A program made the translations under genes and the position numbers. Below are positions 28,913 through 39,898 of a stretch of 64,000 bases of DNA, in pieces (positions within the stretch are counted from its first letter, which is position 1; the number at the start of each line of letters is the position of its first letter). This stretch comes from Dehalococcoidia bacterium (GTDB lineage Bacteria > Chloroflexota > Dehalococcoidia > UBA6926), in contig OZ242203.1 of NCBI GenBank assembly GCA_965206275.1, positions 1,480,474 to 1,544,473 on the forward strand, written 5' to 3'. Under the pieces are notes generated by a model that was not told where the DNA came from, made no database searches, and saw nothing but the letters and a program-made list of their open reading frames with translations.

Positions 28913-29656
28913 TTATCCGCCAAATCCCCCTGACGCGACGAAGCCCGGATATTCGCCGCCGACGCGGTCTTTGATGGAGCCACGCAGCATTTCCAGTTGC
29001 TCCGGCGTCGGGGCAGTTGTCACCGGCACCTCGTCGGGGATAAGTATCTCGAACCCGGTGTTTTCCTTTACCTCATCGACGGTGACACCTGGGTGAACGG
29101 ACTCGAGCAGGAATCTCTTTTGATCCTTTTCATACATCATCACGCAGATGTTAGTAATGAGCATATGAGGACCGCCCGGGCGCTCCACACGCTCTCCACT
29201 GGAACCGGCGGACGTGATGAAGTCAACGTTCTCCACAAAGACTCGTGGCGTGTGCTCCAAACGGAACAGGATGATGCGGTTCGTCATGAAGTAGAGCATC
29301 CCGGAGCCGGCCGCGCCGGGGAGGCGCACGTCCGGCCTGTCATGGTCACCTATTGTGGTGAGGTTGATGTTGCCGTGGCCGTCAATCTGCGCGCCGCCGA
29401 GAAAGAAGATGTCCAGCCTGCCGCGTTGAGCAAGGTCAAAGACTTCTTTTCCGCTGATGAGGTTGAGTTCAGGGTTAGACGCGCCAATGGGGACGTAAAT
29501 CATGTCCGGCGCGTGCGTCTCCTGCGCCAGGAGAACACCCGCCATCGGCACAGGTGATGCCGCGCCGGAACTAACGTATGTGTCGTCACGAACCTCCCGC
29601 GAAATGCGGGTGGCCATCAACTCGCCTATGGTGTAGTCGTCCGACTGGAACGGCAT
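28913..29656 (-). CDS. CoA-transferase subunit B (glutaconate/3-oxoacid CoA-transferase beta)
   Basis: AtoA/GctB-like. GGAQIDGHGNINLT and catalytic-Glu region. Confidence 0.8.
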   Translation of the reverse strand: MPFQSDDYTIGELMATRISREVRDDTYVSSGAASPVPMAGVLLAQETHAPDMIYVPIGASNPELNLISGKEVFDLAQRGRLDIFFLGGAQIDGHGNINLTTIGDHDRPDVRLPGAAGSGMLYFMTNRIILFRLEHTPRVFVENVDFITSAGSSGERVERPGGPHMLITNICVMMYEKDQKRFLLESVHPGVTVDEVKENTGFEILIPDEVPVTTAPTPEQLEMLRGSIKDRVGGEYPGFVASGGFGG

Positions 29657-29680
29657 CGTGCCGGGTGTCGTTGAACGTGA

Positions 29681-30544
29681 CTAGGCGGGAACAGCGACGC
29701 GCGTCACCATCTTGCGGTACTCGTCCTCCGTGTGCCCGCACACGAATTCGTCGAGGTACGCATTGAAGCTGTCCGCGGTCTTTGAGGCCTCCATGTACCG
29801 GGAGAAGTGGTCATTGTCCGCCTCGTAGTAGGGCTTCATGCCGCCGGGGTGCGAGCCTTGCGGAGTATGCACGACGAGGCTGACGAACGGCCACGGAATG
29901 AGGTGGCCGCCGCGCGCATCCTCGGAGAGGTCATAGTCGACGATTTCCTCGACCGTCACGAGCACCTTGTCGCTTGCCTGCGCCACCATGCGGTCCTCGT
30001 AGCCGGGCGCAAGGACGTTGCCGCTCTGATCCGCCTTGAAGGCATGAATCATGGCGATGTCCGGGCGAATGGCCGGCACGAGCAGGATGTCATGCCCCTC
30101 GTTGTAGGGGTCTTCGATGATCTTCCAGTTTGGATGGAGATTGACGAGATCGGTGCCAATCACGCCGCGTGACGGGATGAACGGCACACCGTTGGCTCCA
30201 GCCTGGAGCCCTGTGAGCGTGACGGGTCAGGTGCTGTCCAGCGCGGCGATTCCTCCCTTTTTGGCCACACGGCGGTAGTTCGGGGCAAATCCGCGCTCGC
30301 CGAACGTGAGGGAGCCGGTGTCGATGGCCTTGACGGCGCCTGCGCCGATGAGCATGTCACCCTGGATGCCGCCCGCGGGCGTAAAAACGAGGGTCAGGTC
30401 CTTGATGCCCCGGCGGACGATTTCGCGCGTCAACGCCATGGAGGAGCGGTCGTTGCCGCCGGTAGTGGCGATGAGCATCCCGTCCTTGAATCGATTTCCT
30501 GCCTCTTCAATGCTGACGATTCTCGTCATGGCACATCCTCCCAA
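29681..30544 (-). pseudogene. CoA-transferase subunit A interrupted by a single in-frame TGA (complement of 30224..30226)
   Basis: ORFs 30227..30544 and 29681..30187 share one frame. Read-through gives ...KKGGIAALDST*PVTLTGLQAGANGVPFIPSRG... Both halves align to GctA/AtoD. Confidence 0.7.
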
Positions 30545-30635
30545 TCGCGGGACGCCTCTGAGGGCATCTTTTCATACAAGGTGACGCTACGCCGAATAGG
30601 GTGAAAGGTCAAGTTAGAGACAGGAACGAATGGTG

Positions 30636-31862
30636 CTAAGAACGCTCAATCTTGCCGCTCTTGACAGCGTACATCACGGCATGAGCGCGAACCTCTGCCG
30701 GAATGAGCTCGACATCGGCAGTGGTGATGAGAACCTGCCGGCCCGGCGTCAGGCAGTGGCGCAGAACCCGCTCGCGGCGGTCCGCATCGAGTTCAGAGAG
30801 TGGATCGTCCAGCAGGATGACGGGCTCATCGCCGAGCCGTTGGCCGATATACGCGGACTGCGCGATCACCAGCGCAAGCGCCGCCGTCCGTTGCTGTCCG
30901 CGAGAGCCGTAGACCCCAAGATCGACATCGCCGGACACCACGCGCAGGTCGTCACGGTGCGGACCGACGGATGTCGTTGCCGTGGCTGAATCACGCGCCC
31001 ACGCGCCTTCCAGCGCATCGGCAAAGTTCTGTTGAAGGTTGGATGATGTCCTCTCATCCTCCCTGACGGTGACTGTTGAACGATATTCAAGGGCAAGATG
31101 GCCGGTGCGACCCGTGAATTCGGCGTGGGCGGCCAACATCTCTTTCTGCAAGACGTCGATTAGCGCGATCCGATGCCCCAAGACAAATGAGCCTGCGCGG
31201 ATGAGCTCCTGTTCCCACAGGCGCATGTCCTCAGTCCTTTGTGTAGCGCCGCGCTCCCGGGCGTCTCTGAGCGCCGCATTGCGTTGGGTGACCAGCCGCT
31301 CATAGCGCCGGAGTGCCCGCGCATACTCCGCATCCGTCTGCAGCGCTGTTGAATCGATTGCGCGGCGTCGATCAGCCGGAGGGCCTGCGAACAGATCAAC
31401 CTCCTCCGGCCCTGCGAGGACAACCGCAAGGTCGCCGACGCTGCTCGCAGAACGCTGCCGAACGCCGTTGACCTTGTAGCCCTTCTGCAAGGTGCCGCCC
31501 CTGAGGCCTGAAGGGCCAATCGTCCTCTCGGCAACGGCAGGAGATTCAACGGCCTGCCCTCGCGGCGCGAGTTGCATTACGAGTTCCAGCTTGCGTTCCG
31601 CGCCATCGCCCGCGGTCACGTCCGCCGCGATGCGTGAGTACGGAATCGGTTCACGGGCGGCGCTCCACCCGATGACCTCTCGATCCGTGTCTGCGCGATG
31701 TGAATGGCCGGTTGCGAGAATGAATAGGGATTCGAGGAGGTTCGTCTTACCTTGACCGTTATCGCCCGAGAGGACAGTGACGCCGTCCGCGGGCTCGAAT
31801 TCCTGCGAGGCGTAGTTCCTAAAGTGGGTCAGAGAGAGTCTCGTGACGCGAATGGCGCTCAC
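30636..31862 (-). CDS. recF: DNA replication and repair protein RecF
   Basis: IRVTRLSLTHFRNY N-terminus and Walker A GDNGQGKTNLLES. GTG start at 31862 preferred over the long 31994 extension. Confidence 0.85.
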   Translation of the reverse strand: MSAIRVTRLSLTHFRNYASQEFEPADGVTVLSGDNGQGKTNLLESLFILATGHSHRADTDREVIGWSAAREPIPYSRIAADVTAGDGAERKLELVMQLAPRGQAVESPAVAERTIGPSGLRGGTLQKGYKVNGVRQRSASSVGDLAVVLAGPEEVDLFAGPPADRRRAIDSTALQTDAEYARALRRYERLVTQRNAALRDARERGATQRTEDMRLWEQELIRAGSFVLGHRIALIDVLQKEMLAAHAEFTGRTGHLALEYRSTVTVREDERTSSNLQQNFADALEGAWARDSATATTSVGPHRDDLRVVSGDVDLGVYGSRGQQRTAALALVIAQSAYIGQRLGDEPVILLDDPLSELDADRRERVLRHCLTPGRQVLITTADVELIPAEVRAHAVMYAVKSGKIERS

Positions 31863-32074
31863 CTGCCAGCACTCGAATCGTCGCCGCCATCCGGCGGCAA
31901 GCCGATTGTAGCAGTGGCAAGGGAACGGCGGGGATATACTTTTAAAGGCCGTTGTCCCTTGAGTTCGGAATGACCTCGGAAAGTGTTTCCGCAACGTGTT
32001 CCGGAACGGTCGAATTAACTAATACGAGAATTATTGTGAATCACGCTTCAGAATCAGATCGACCGCAGGGCGTG

Positions 32075-33211
32075 ATGCTGCCCCGCAATCAACTGATCAT
32101 CGCCAAGCTCGGCACCGGAGTGCTGACCGGAGGCGGCGACCAGCTTGATGAGGGTCTTATCGCGTCAATTGCGAAACAGGTCGCGGAGATCGTGGCCGCC
32201 CAATCACAAGTGATTGTAGTCACGTCCGCAGCGGTTGCCCTAGGACGCAGCATCATCGGACTGGAAGGCAGGGGACGGGGCGTTGCGACCCTGCAGGCTC
32301 TCGCGGCGATAGGGCAGCATCACCTGATGCAGTCTTGGGAGAGGGCTTTCGCCGAGCATGATCTCACCGTGGCCCAGGCTCTCATCACTCGTTCCGAATT
32401 CACCGCTGGTCGTTCCGCCGTCAACATTCGCCGCACCCTGCGCGAGCTACTGGGATTTGGTGTGATCCCCATCATTAACGAAAACGATGTCGTTGCCTCG
32501 GAAGAACTGAGTGAAACGCTTGGCGACAACGACACCCTGTCAGCTGCTCTCACGAACCTCATGGCGGCGGACATGCTTATCCTTCTGACGGATCGCGACG
32601 GGCTCTATGACAGTGATCCGCGCACCAATCCCGATGCCGCGCTCATTCACCGCGTGGACCGCGTGACGGACGACATCCTGGCAATGGCTGCTGAGATGCC
32701 CGGCGAGCTCGGACGTGGCGGGATGGCATCAAAGGTTCGTGCCGCAGCAGAGGCCACGTCGTGGGGGACATCGGTTGTGATTGCCAATGGCAAGGCCCCG
32801 GACGTGCTACTGCGCATCGCGCGCGGCGAGGACATCGGGACGCGGTTTGAGGCTTGGGGACGGCGGCGTCCGTCCGCCCGCAGGCGTTCTCTTGGTCCTC
32901 TATTCGTACGCGGACAGGTTGTTGTTGATGAAGGCGCCGCAAAGGCGCTGCGGCGAGGCACATCGAGTCTCCTTGCAGTTGGGGTTCGCGAGGTACGCGG
33001 CGAGTTCACAACCGGTGACATCGTGGAGATCGTTGGGCCGGACGAGACAGGGGTGGCGCGAGGGGCGGTGTCGTATCCCGCAGGCCTCATGCGTCGCCTG
33101 GCAGGCCTCCACAACGCAGAGGTCCGCCAATTCTTCCAGGCGGAGGACAACGCCGATGCCGCCTACCATGGCGAGGAGATGGTTCACCGAGATCATCTGA
33201 CACTGCTGTGA
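32075..33211 (+). CDS. proB: glutamate 5-kinase
   Basis: AAK family IIAKLGTGVLT motif and C-terminal PUA domain. Internal Met start. Confidence 0.85.
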   Translation: MLPRNQLIIAKLGTGVLTGGGDQLDEGLIASIAKQVAEIVAAQSQVIVVTSAAVALGRSIIGLEGRGRGVATLQALAAIGQHHLMQSWERAFAEHDLTVAQALITRSEFTAGRSAVNIRRTLRELLGFGVIPIINENDVVASEELSETLGDNDTLSAALTNLMAADMLILLTDRDGLYDSDPRTNPDAALIHRVDRVTDDILAMAAEMPGELGRGGMASKVRAAAEATSWGTSVVIANGKAPDVLLRIARGEDIGTRFEAWGRRRPSARRRSLGPLFVRGQVVVDEGAAKALRRGTSSLLAVGVREVRGEFTTGDIVEIVGPDETGVARGAVSYPAGLMRRLAGLHNAEVRQFFQAEDNADAAYHGEEMVHRDHLTLL

Positions 33212-33326
33212 CAGGCAGCTATCTCGTTTGAACAGCCCCGCCCGCGCAAATACAATTACAGAATAGATAGATACCGGCTACAACGGCAGCGCTACGCGGC
33301 TGCCGTTCAGGAAAAGAGTAACCGCG

Positions 33327-34631
33327 ATGACGGCAACTGCAACAAGAAACACGGACGCAGGAGAGCTTTCGGAAGAGCTCGTCAGCAAGGCGCAGGCAGC
33401 GCGCAAGGCGAGCAGGCCGCTGTCGCGCGCGTCCACTGAAGAGAAGAATGGGGCGCTTGAGCGCATCGCAACCCTGTTAGAAGAGCGCGCCGATGAAATC
33501 GTCGCGGCTAACGAGCGGGACTGTGCGGCGGCGCAGACGGACGGAATGTCGGACGTCCTGTTGGACCGTCTGCTTCTCAACGAGGAACGTGTGCGGGGAA
33601 TGGCGGCCGATGTTCGCGGCACCATCGCCTTGGCGGATCCCATCGGCGAGGAGTTCGATGCGTCGACCTTGCCCAACGGCCTCCGCATCTGCCGCCGGCG
33701 CGTGCCGCTCGGCGTCATTGCAGCCGTGTACGAGAGCCGCCCCAACGTCACCATCGACATCGCTGCCCTCTGCATCAAGTCCGGCAACGCCGTCATCCTG
33801 CGGGGCGGGAAAGAGGCCATCAACTCCACAACGACGCTCGCGCGCATCGTTCGCGAGGCGCTGGAGGATGCGGGCCTGCCTCAGGACGCGGCGCAGATCA
33901 TCGAATCCACCGACCGGGCTATCGTCGGGGAGATGCTGGTGTACGAGGGCGGGATCGATCTGCTGATTCCACGCGGCAGCGACACCCTCATCCGCTTCGT
34001 GCGGGACAACGCTCGGATTCCTGTTGTGACCGGCGGCATTGGTGTGTGTCACACCTATGTTGACGCCGACGCGGATGTTGAGCAGGCCGTTGCCATTGCC
34101 TATAACGCCAAGGTGCAGCGTCCGACGGTGTGCAATGCGCTGGACACGCTGCTTGTTCACGCTCAGGCCGCTCCAAAGCTGCTTCCCGCCGTTGTTGCGG
34201 CGTGGGCACGGGACAACGTCGAAATCCACGCAGACGGGCGTGCGCTCGCCCTGATTGGCCCCGAGCCTCCCACACGGGTCATCACAGCCGTCGAGGACGA
34301 CTGGGGCCGCGAGTTTCTGTCACTAACGGCCGCCGTGAAGGTTGTTGATTCCATTGACGAGGCGTTGGAGCATATCGCGGAGTACGGCTCCGGCCACACA
34401 GAGGCGATCCTCACGACGAGCGACGAGAACGCCACGCGGTTTCTGGACGAGGTGGACGCGGCGGCGGTTATCGTGAACGCGTCAAGCCGGTTCACGGACG
34501 GCGCGCAGTTGGGGCTGGGCGCGGAAGTTGCCATCAGTACCAACAAGCTGCACGCGCGCGGGCCGATGGGGCTGCGGGAGCTGACCTCCTACAAGTGGAC
34601 CATCGTTGGAGACGGTCAGACCAGAACCTGA
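33327..34631 (+). CDS. proA: gamma-glutamyl phosphate reductase
   Basis: ALDH-family protein directly downstream of proB. Catalytic Cys region VCNALDTLLVH. Confidence 0.9.
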   Translation: MTATATRNTDAGELSEELVSKAQAARKASRPLSRASTEEKNGALERIATLLEERADEIVAANERDCAAAQTDGMSDVLLDRLLLNEERVRGMAADVRGTIALADPIGEEFDASTLPNGLRICRRRVPLGVIAAVYESRPNVTIDIAALCIKSGNAVILRGGKEAINSTTTLARIVREALEDAGLPQDAAQIIESTDRAIVGEMLVYEGGIDLLIPRGSDTLIRFVRDNARIPVVTGGIGVCHTYVDADADVEQAVAIAYNAKVQRPTVCNALDTLLVHAQAAPKLLPAVVAAWARDNVEIHADGRALALIGPEPPTRVITAVEDDWGREFLSLTAAVKVVDSIDEALEHIAEYGSGHTEAILTTSDENATRFLDEVDAAAVIVNASSRFTDGAQLGLGAEVAISTNKLHARGPMGLRELTSYKWTIVGDGQTRT

Positions 34632-34635
34632 ACAC

Positions 34636-36159
34636 ATGCGCTACAATCCTGTCATGCGCGGGATTGATTCAGTGACGGGTGTCAGGGAGCGGCGATTACG
34701 CGGCACTCGATACTCCAATGGCGATGCCAGGCTGTCCGTAGGATCCACTATTCGTGACGGTGCGGCGCATTATGCTGCCCGTGTATCCGAGCCGCAGGGT
34801 GCCTGGCCAAGTGAGAAAGACCTCTGCGACGCGTGGGAGTCCGGCGCGGGACAGAGACGAGGACAGCGCCTGAGAACCGTTACGGGTTCAACCGTCGACG
34901 TTATTCAAGCAGGGATTCGCAACTCCGGCGACGGGCCGGATTTCCTCGGCGCGGTCATCGCGATTGAGTTCCACGGCTTGCCGCGTCGTATCATCCGCGG
35001 CGATGTTGAGATGCACCTGCGCGCCACGGATTGGTTCGCACACGGGCATGAAACAAATCCGGCTTTCGCGAGCGTCGTCCTGCACGTCGTGGAGGACGCG
35101 CAGGAGATAGTGGAGATTGCAGGCGCGCCTGTGCTTGAAGTGGGGCACAGCACGCGCCGACTGAACCACAAGACCACGGCAACCATGCCCAAGCTGCTGG
35201 ATCTCGGCGCGGGAGAGGCACGCGATGCAGCCATGATGCTCGATGCGCTGGGCGACGCGCGGCTCGAGGAACGAGCGGCGGCCATGGAGGGCGATATCGC
35301 CGTCGTCGGGCCTGAACAGGCGCTGTACGAGGCTCTCTTTAGGGGTCTCGGCTATACGCGGAATATGACGGCGTTCCAGGAAGTGGCGCGGCTGATGCCG
35401 ATCGAGACGCTGCGTGGCTTGTCGGACGGCGCTCCCGACGAACAGGAACGGGTGGCGCGTTTGACTGGCCTGCTGTTCGGGACGGCAGGATTGCTGCCAT
35501 CGCAACGGAGTAGAGGGGCGCAGGGACGGTTTCCTCTTGGCGAACTGACGTGGAGTGCCTTTGACAGTTTCACCGTATCCTCAGAGACCGAATGGGCGCG
35601 ACACACGGGGCTGGAGTTTCTGCCGCGTGGATCGTGGCAAATCTTTCGCGTGAGGCCGGACAATCACCCTGTCAGACGGATGGGCGCGGCAGTGGAACTT
35701 GTGCTGCGGTGGTTTCAGGGGCCGGGACTGCTCAATAATCTGCGCGTTGGAATCGGCAAGGCCGAGAATCCCCGGGATGCGGCGGCGCGAGTAATCGATG
35801 CCCTGGTCATTCCATCGACGGGCTACTGGGAAACACATAGTGATTTCGGCAAGCTACGACGTAGCAGACCGTCCGCACTGATTGGCCGGGGGCGCGCACT
35901 GGACATAATAGCGACCGCAGTTCTGCCGTTCCTGCTTGCAGTGGCGGATCTTGAATCCAATACGGAAATTGAACACAAGACTCGGCAGGCCTATGCCGTC
36001 CTGCCCAACACCGGAGAGTCTGAGGCTAGCCGCCGCGCGCGGCATTTCCTCGGACGGCACTCACAGCAGCTATCGGCTCGTCGCTACCAGGGATTCTTGA
36101 GCTTGGCCGCCTCTTCAATGAATGGAGCGCGTGAGTCTCTTTATCCATCCGGGGGATAG
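34636..36159 (+). CDS. conserved hypothetical protein (DUF2851-like)
   Basis: Long ORF overlapping the proA stop. Family assignment is from weak recall of the GDVEMHLRATDWFAHGHE block. Confidence 0.45.
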   Translation: MRYNPVMRGIDSVTGVRERRLRGTRYSNGDARLSVGSTIRDGAAHYAARVSEPQGAWPSEKDLCDAWESGAGQRRGQRLRTVTGSTVDVIQAGIRNSGDGPDFLGAVIAIEFHGLPRRIIRGDVEMHLRATDWFAHGHETNPAFASVVLHVVEDAQEIVEIAGAPVLEVGHSTRRLNHKTTATMPKLLDLGAGEARDAAMMLDALGDARLEERAAAMEGDIAVVGPEQALYEALFRGLGYTRNMTAFQEVARLMPIETLRGLSDGAPDEQERVARLTGLLFGTAGLLPSQRSRGAQGRFPLGELTWSAFDSFTVSSETEWARHTGLEFLPRGSWQIFRVRPDNHPVRRMGAAVELVLRWFQGPGLLNNLRVGIGKAENPRDAAARVIDALVIPSTGYWETHSDFGKLRRSRPSALIGRGRALDIIATAVLPFLLAVADLESNTEIEHKTRQAYAVLPNTGESEASRRARHFLGRHSQQLSARRYQGFLSLAASSMNGARESLYPSGG

Positions 36160-36272
36160 CCGCCAGTCTTAGGCGGCAGCGTGTCAATCTCCCTAGTATC
36201 ATGACGAGGTGGGGCGTGGCTTTTGAGAGGCTGCGGTGATCGATCACACGACAACAGGAGGATGATCTCTCG

Positions 36273-37673
36273 ATGCGCATCGAACGTGACTCAATGGGCG
36301 AGATGGAGGTGCCGGACGAGGCCCTCTGGGGCGCGCAGACACAGCGCGCCGTCCGCAATTTCCCGATCAGCGACCTGCGCTTCTCCCGCAGCTTCATCCG
36401 GGCGCTTGCGCTTATCAAGCGCTCCGCCGTAGAGGTTAACGAGGAACTTGGTGGCGTCGCGCCTGAGATGGCCACAGCCGTTAAAGCCGCGGCGCAGGAA
36501 GCGATGGATGGCGAACTCGATGACCATTTTGTGCTCGATATTTTTCAAACGGGCTCCGGCACGTCCACAAACATGAACGCCAACGAGGTCATCGCCAACC
36601 GCGCGACACAGATTCTCGGCGGCGAGGTCGGTTCACGCATGGTCCATCCCAACGACCACGTCAACCGCGGGCAGTCGTCCAACGATGTCATACCGACGGC
36701 GATACAGGTTGCCGCAGCGCACGGCATCGCCTTAGAACTCGTACCCGCATTGGAGCGGCTGCAACAGGCGCTTGCGGACAAATCGGCGGCCTTCTGGGAC
36801 GTCATCAAGACGGGTCGCACGCACCTGCAGGACGCGACGCCCATTCGCCTTGGCCAGGAGTTTCTTGGCCATGCGGGTCAGATGGAGAGGGCAGTGCGAC
36901 GGCTGCGCCACGCAGTCGACGAACTCTGCGAGGTTCCCCTTGGTGGAACGGCCGTCGGCACGGGCATCGGACGCGACATTGAGTTCTCTGAGAAGGTCTG
37001 CGCGCGCCTCGCGTCCTCCACCGGCCTCCCTATCCGCGAGACGGAGAACCATTTCCAGGCCCAGAGCACGCTGAACGCTGTCACGGAGGCGAGCGGTGTC
37101 CTAAACACTGTTGCGGTCAGCATGCTGAAGATTGCTAACGACGTTCGCTGGCTTGGCTCGGGCCCGCGCGCGGGATTCGGTGAGATTGCCCTGCCGGAGG
37201 TGCAGCCGGGCTCGTCAATCATGCCGGGTAAGATCAATCCCGTCATCGCGGAGTCCGTGGCGCAGGCGGCAGCGCAGGTCATGGGCAACCACGTAACCGT
37301 CACGATTGCCGACGCGCAGGGCAGCAACTTTGAGCTGAACGTCATGATGCCGGTCGCGGCCTACAACATTTTGCAATCCATCGATCTGCTCGCCGCGGAG
37401 GCAGACAATTTCCGCGAGCAGTGCATCGAGGGGCTTGTTTCCACGCAGCGCGGGCCGGAGACCGTTGAGCAGGGACTGGCGATCTGCACAGCGCTTGCGC
37501 CGGTCATTGGCTACGATGCCGCTGCCGCAATCGCACATGAGGCATCGGAGACGGGCGAGACGGTGCGACAGGTGGCCCTTCGCACAACGGAGCTCGGCGA
37601 GGCGGCCCTGGAGGAAATCCTTGACGCCGCCAAGATGACGGAGCCCGGCTTCTCCGGTGGCGGAGGAGGCTAG
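36273..37673 (+). CDS. fumC: class II fumarate hydratase
   Basis: GSSIMPGKINP signature and IRALALIKRSAA N-terminal block. Confidence 0.82.
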   Translation: MRIERDSMGEMEVPDEALWGAQTQRAVRNFPISDLRFSRSFIRALALIKRSAVEVNEELGGVAPEMATAVKAAAQEAMDGELDDHFVLDIFQTGSGTSTNMNANEVIANRATQILGGEVGSRMVHPNDHVNRGQSSNDVIPTAIQVAAAHGIALELVPALERLQQALADKSAAFWDVIKTGRTHLQDATPIRLGQEFLGHAGQMERAVRRLRHAVDELCEVPLGGTAVGTGIGRDIEFSEKVCARLASSTGLPIRETENHFQAQSTLNAVTEASGVLNTVAVSMLKIANDVRWLGSGPRAGFGEIALPEVQPGSSIMPGKINPVIAESVAQAAAQVMGNHVTVTIADAQGSNFELNVMMPVAAYNILQSIDLLAAEADNFREQCIEGLVSTQRGPETVEQGLAICTALAPVIGYDAAAAIAHEASETGETVRQVALRTTELGEAALEEILDAAKMTEPGFSGGGGG

Positions 37674-37835
37674 GTCTCATAAACGCCTCTTCGCTTGTCA
37701 CCCTGTGCCACTACTCCGTAAAATGACGGCAAGAGAATGAGCTATTCGCACGAGGCGTTGATGACGCGGCTGCAAGCGCGTCGAATTTCCGATACAATCG
37801 CCAGTTCCAACCACATACGCAGGGGGCGTTAATCA

Positions 37836-38621
37836 GTGTCAAGCAAGAACGGAAATGCCGTCATGGTCGTGGAGGACCTCCGCGTTGAGGTGGACGGCAA
37901 GGAGATCCTGAAGGGCGTCAACCTGGAGGTTCCCACCGGCAAGGTCAACACCGTCATGGGCCCCAACGGTTCCGGCAAGAGCACCCTTGCCAACACGCTT
38001 ATGGGCAACCCCCGCTACGTCGTCACCGGCGGGCGCATCCTCTACAAGGGCAAAGACATCACTCTCGATCTGCCTGATCAGCGCTCGCTTGACGGCATTT
38101 TCCTGGCGTCACAGTATCCCGTGGAGATTTCCGGGGTGACCTTGATTAACTTCTTGCGCCAGATGGTGAACGCCCATCGTGACGAGGAGATGCCGCTTGT
38201 CGAGTTCCGGCAGATGGTGAACGAGAAGATGGACGCGCTGGGTATGGACCGCGCATTTGCCACCCGCTACGTCAACTCCGGGTTTTCCGGTGGGGAGAAG
38301 AAGCGCAGCGAGATCCTTCAACTCGCTGTCCTTGATCCCACACTCGCCATCCTCGATGAGACGGACTCTGGCCTGGACATCGATGCGCTACGCACCGTTT
38401 CGCACGGCGTCAATCAGCTGCGGCACGAGGAAATGGGCATCCTGCTCATCACTCACTACACGCGCATCTTCAACTACATTGAGCCGGACACCGTCCACGT
38501 CATGCTGGACGGCGCAATCGTCAGGTCGGGTGGGCCTGAACTGGCTCATGACCTTGAAGAACACGGGTATGACCTCATCCGGTCCGGCGCAGGCAGCGCA
38601 GTCGCGCCGGCGTCGCAATAG
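37836..38621 (+). CDS. sufC: Fe-S cluster assembly ATPase SufC
   Basis: Walker A GPNGSGKST and FSGGEKKRSEILQL. Confidence 0.9.
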   Translation: MSSKNGNAVMVVEDLRVEVDGKEILKGVNLEVPTGKVNTVMGPNGSGKSTLANTLMGNPRYVVTGGRILYKGKDITLDLPDQRSLDGIFLASQYPVEISGVTLINFLRQMVNAHRDEEMPLVEFRQMVNEKMDALGMDRAFATRYVNSGFSGGEKKRSEILQLAVLDPTLAILDETDSGLDIDALRTVSHGVNQLRHEEMGILLITHYTRIFNYIEPDTVHVMLDGAIVRSGGPELAHDLEEHGYDLIRSGAGSAVAPASQ

Positions 38622-38650
38622 CGCGGCTATTTCGCGCAAGGCCGGTTACC

Positions 38651-39898
38651 GTGCCTGATCACCCATCGCAGCTAGACGTCGAGAGCATCCGCGGCGACTT
38701 TCCCATCCTGTCCCGCGTTATCAACGGCAACCCGATTGTCTACCTGGACAGCACTGCGACGTCTCAGAAGCCGAAGCAAGTCATCGACACGCTGGCGGAC
38801 TTCTACCGCACCTCCAACGCAAACGTCCATCGCGGCATCTACACACTGTCCGAGGAATCGACCGCCGCCTATGAGGGCGCGCGCGAGAAGACAGCCGCGT
38901 TCATAAATGCTGAGTCCTCCAGTGAGATCATCTTCACGCGCAATACAACTGAATCACTGAATCTCCTCGCCTATGCGTGGGGACGCGCGAACCTGAACGA
39001 GGGCGATGAGGTGCTCGTCACGCTCATGGAGCACCATTCCAACATCGTGCCGTGGCACATGATCTGTGATGAGCGCGGCGCGGTTCTCCGATTTATCCCA
39101 GTGACGGACGAGGGCTTCCTTGACCTCACCGATATCGACACGCTCATCACGGAACGCACGAAAGTCGTCTCCTTCACGCATGTCTCCAACGTGCTGGGCA
39201 CCGTGAACCCCGTGCGTGAACTCGTGGACAAGGCTCATGCCGTCGGCGCAATCGCCATCGTGGACGGCGCGCAGGGGGCGCCGCACGTCGCCGTCGATGT
39301 TCGCGACATGGACGCGGACTTCTATGTGTTCTCATCCCACAAGATGCTTGGCCCGACGGGCGTGGGCGTTCTCTATGGCAAGCGGGCGCTGCTCGATGAG
39401 ATGCCTCCCTTCCTGGGCGGCGGCGAGATGATTATGGAGGTGCGCGAGGACGGCTTCACGTGGAAGGATCCGCCCTGGAAGTTCGAGGCCGGCACGCCGA
39501 ACTTTGCCGATGTTGTCGCTTTTGGCGCAGCCATTGACTACCTGACTGATCTCGGCATGGACAACGTACGGCAGCACGAGATCGAGATCACGGACTACGC
39601 GTTGCGGCAAATGCGGTCGCTTGGTGAGGGTGTCACACTGCACGGTCCGCCAAACGTGGAGGATCGCGGCGGCGTCGTTTCGTTCGCCGTTGAATCCATT
39701 CACCCTCATGACATCGCCCAGACATTGGACTGGGAAGGTGTGCAGATTCGCGCCGGGCATCACTGCGCACAGCCGTTGATGCGCCGGCTCAACGTGCCTG
39801 CCACCGCCCGCGCGAGCTTCTACGTTTACAATACGAATGAGGACGTTGACCGACTCATCGATGCCCTGAAGAAGGCTGGTGAACTCTTTGGCAGGTAG
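38651..39898 (+). CDS. sufS: cysteine desulfurase SufS
   Basis: Class V aminotransferase. PLP lysine region FSSHKMLGPTG and RAGHHCAQP active-site Cys loop. Confidence 0.9.
   Translation: MPDHPSQLDVESIRGDFPILSRVINGNPIVYLDSTATSQKPKQVIDTLADFYRTSNANVHRGIYTLSEESTAAYEGAREKTAAFINAESSSEIIFTRNTTESLNLLAYAWGRANLNEGDEVLVTLMEHHSNIVPWHMICDERGAVLRFIPVTDEGFLDLTDIDTLITERTKVVSFTHVSNVLGTVNPVRELVDKAHAVGAIAIVDGAQGAPHVAVDVRDMDADFYVFSSHKMLGPTGVGVLYGKRALLDEMPPFLGGGEMIMEVREDGFTWKDPPWKFEAGTPNFADVVAFGAAIDYLTDLGMDNVRQHEIEITDYALRQMRSLGEGVTLHGPPNVEDRGGVVSFAVESIHPHDIAQTLDWEGVQIRAGHHCAQPLMRRLNVPATARASFYVYNTNEDVDRLIDALKKAGELFGR

Noticed and set aside
30224-30226. Reading the in-frame TGA of the CoA-transferase alpha gene as selenocysteine
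   Set aside because: No known selenoprotein in this family. No obvious hairpin immediately downstream by eye, and no sel genes in the window. Kept only as a check in the finding.
31863-31994. N-terminal 44-codon extension of recF (ORF start at 31994)
   Set aside because: RecF proteins begin at the (M/V)xIxxLxLxNFRNY block. The extension is unconserved (MRKHFPRSFRTQG...) and a GTG at 31862 gives a canonical length.
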